Source: an uncultured Rikenellaceae bacterium (lineage in GTDB: Bacteria; Bacteroidota; Bacteroidia; Bacteroidales; VadinHA17). Taken from it: a DNA stretch of 64,000 nucleotides. Within the stretch, counting starts at the first letter, position 1; each line of letters begins with the position of its first letter. The stretch lies in NCBI GenBank assembly GCA_964568875.1, contig CAZMSH010000006.1:2905-66904 (forward strand). The letters run 5' to 3'. The notes beneath the pieces were generated by a model. It saw only the letters and a list, made by a program, of their open reading frames with translations, had not been told where the DNA came from and searched no databases. Positions 62,805-64,000 of this stretch are shown one piece after another. Position numbers and translations under genes: made by a program.

Positions 62805-64000
62805 GAATAACTCTATCAATCATTGAAAGGGCTTTGTTTTTTAACAGCCCGGTAAGAAACGTTCTGATTATTATTACATTAGCGATTGCAGTTTCAGGCT
62901 GCAACGGAACAATTCCAGGAGAGGAACATCCCTATATCCGGCCTGAAGACCCGGCAGTGAGCAGTAAGCTTGAAGAGTGGCAGGACTGGAAATTCGGAGT
63001 GATAATTCATTGGGGACCCTACAGCCAGTGGGGGGTTGTCGAGAGCTGGAGTCTCTGTCCGGAAGATGAGCCGTGGTGTGTAAGGCGCGGACCTTATTCC
63101 CATGACTACTACCTGTACACCCGTGAATATGAAAAGCTGCCTGAGACATTCAATCCCACCGGGTTTGATCCCGGCCGCTGGGCAGAGGCCTGCAGTAAGG
63201 CAGGGATGAAGTACGTAGTGTTTACCACGAAGCACCACGACGGCTTCGCCATGTTCGACACGAAACAGAGTGACTACAGGATAACAGGTCCCGGTTCCGC
63301 CTTTGCAAAAGACCCACGGAGCAATATTACTGGGGAAGTTTTCAGGGAATTCCGAAGCAGGGGCATGGGCATAGGGGCATATTTCAGCAAGCCCGACTGG
63401 CATAACGATGATTACTGGTGGCCGTACTTTCCTGTTTTCGACCGCAATGTAAACTACAACCCTGAGAAGTATCCCGACAGGTGGAGCAGATTTAAGCAGT
63501 TCACCTACAACCAGATAGAAGAGCTGATGACCGGATATGGCAGTATCGACATTCTATGGCTCGACGGCGGATGGGTAAGGCCGGAAGGAACTCTTACCGA
63601 CGAGAGCCGTCCATGGCTTGGCAAGAACCAGTGGGTGCAGGATGTTGACATTCCGTCCATAGCTTCTATGGCACGAAGTCACCAGCCCGGCCTTCTGGTA
63701 GTTGACCGGTCAGTACACAACGAATATGAGAACTACCGTACTCCCGAACAGCAGGTTCCTGAGGTAATGCCGGACTATCCATGGGAGAGCTGCATTACAC
63801 TTGGTGACAGCTGGTACTCAACCGGCCCCGGCGAAACCTACAAATCAGCCACATGGGCCATACACACCCTGATAAAGATTGTCGCCAAAGGAGGCAATTT
63901 CCTGCTGGGGATCGGTCCCGACCACAGCGGTGAGATGGTTCCTGAAGTATATGAAAGACTGGAGGCTATCGGTAATTGGATGAACGTCAATTCACACGCC
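62801..64000 (+). CDS. Alpha-L-fucosidase, GH29 (5' part; continues beyond the window)
   Basis: Not in the ORF track because it is open at the window end. The ATG at 62801 overlaps the preceding TGA (ATGA). MRITLS...VSGC lipobox. KFGVIIHWGPYS. TTKHHDGFAMFDT. Confidence 0.85.
   Translation, partial: MRITLSIIERALFFNSPVRNVLIIITLAIAVSGCNGTIPGEEHPYIRPEDPAVSSKLEEWQDWKFGVIIHWGPYSQWGVVESWSLCPEDEPWCVRRGPYSHDYYLYTREYEKLPETFNPTGFDPGRWAEACSKAGMKYVVFTTKHHDGFAMFDTKQSDYRITGPGSAFAKDPRSNITGEVFREFRSRGMGIGAYFSKPDWHNDDYWWPYFPVFDRNVNYNPEKYPDRWSRFKQFTYNQIEELMTGYGSIDILWLDGGWVRPEGTLTDESRPWLGKNQWVQDVDIPSIASMARSHQPGLLVVDRSVHNEYENYRTPEQQVPEVMPDYPWESCITLGDSWYSTGPGETYKSATWAIHTLIKIVAKGGNFLLGIGPDHSGEMVPEVYERLEAIGNWMNVNSHA

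Noticed and set aside
1-64000. Searched by eye for tRNA/rRNA/tmRNA-like segments, transposase, integrase or recombinase genes, and IS inverted repeats that could explain the accessory islets.
   Set aside because: None was recognised. Therefore no mobile_element feature is called, and horizontal origin of the HipBST/Fic/ATPase islets remains an inference from context and apparent AT-richness only.

Overview
This 64-kb window looks like a Bacteroidota chromosome. Two secreted proteins carry T9SS-type C-terminal sorting domains, TAnnTTTG -7 promoter boxes are present, and there are many lipoprotein-type signal peptides and fasciclin/TonB/YceI/DUF-type envelope genes. I count about 60 credible CDS. 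I saw no rRNA, tRNA, CRISPR array, transposase or integrase. The core content is metabolic and envelope-related: a GH81 beta-1,3-glucanase, a GH29-DUF4838-GH29 cluster, a serine hydrolase-OCD-SdaA operon, SDR/ALDH genes, an amidase, AbgT and BASS transporters, and a LytS/LytTR two-component pair. Small accessory islets are interspersed: (1) a tripartite HipB-HipS-HipT toxin-antitoxin operon with three evenly spaced TATAT-N8-ATATA operators; (2) three copies of an unknown 91-aa gene with its own conserved promoter, interleaved with wHTH regulator paralogs; (3) three P-loop ATPase paralogs (AAA_14/DUF4143-like) with a C-terminal D...ExK nuclease-like motif; (4) a Fic gene sitting between a full-length MBL-fold gene and an exactly half-length, in-frame-deleted copy of it. 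The most unusual signal is non-coding. A mosaic intergenic repeat family occurs at 13 or more loci. It is built from tandem 7-nt (and 9-10-nt) micro-arrays concatenated with a few conserved hairpin modules. Many loci are G-quadruplex-prone. One pair of loci forms a perfect 64-bp direct repeat bracketing a LamG/T9SS gene, and one array runs into a CDS 3' end. All functional calls rest on motif recognition by eye; no database search was run.
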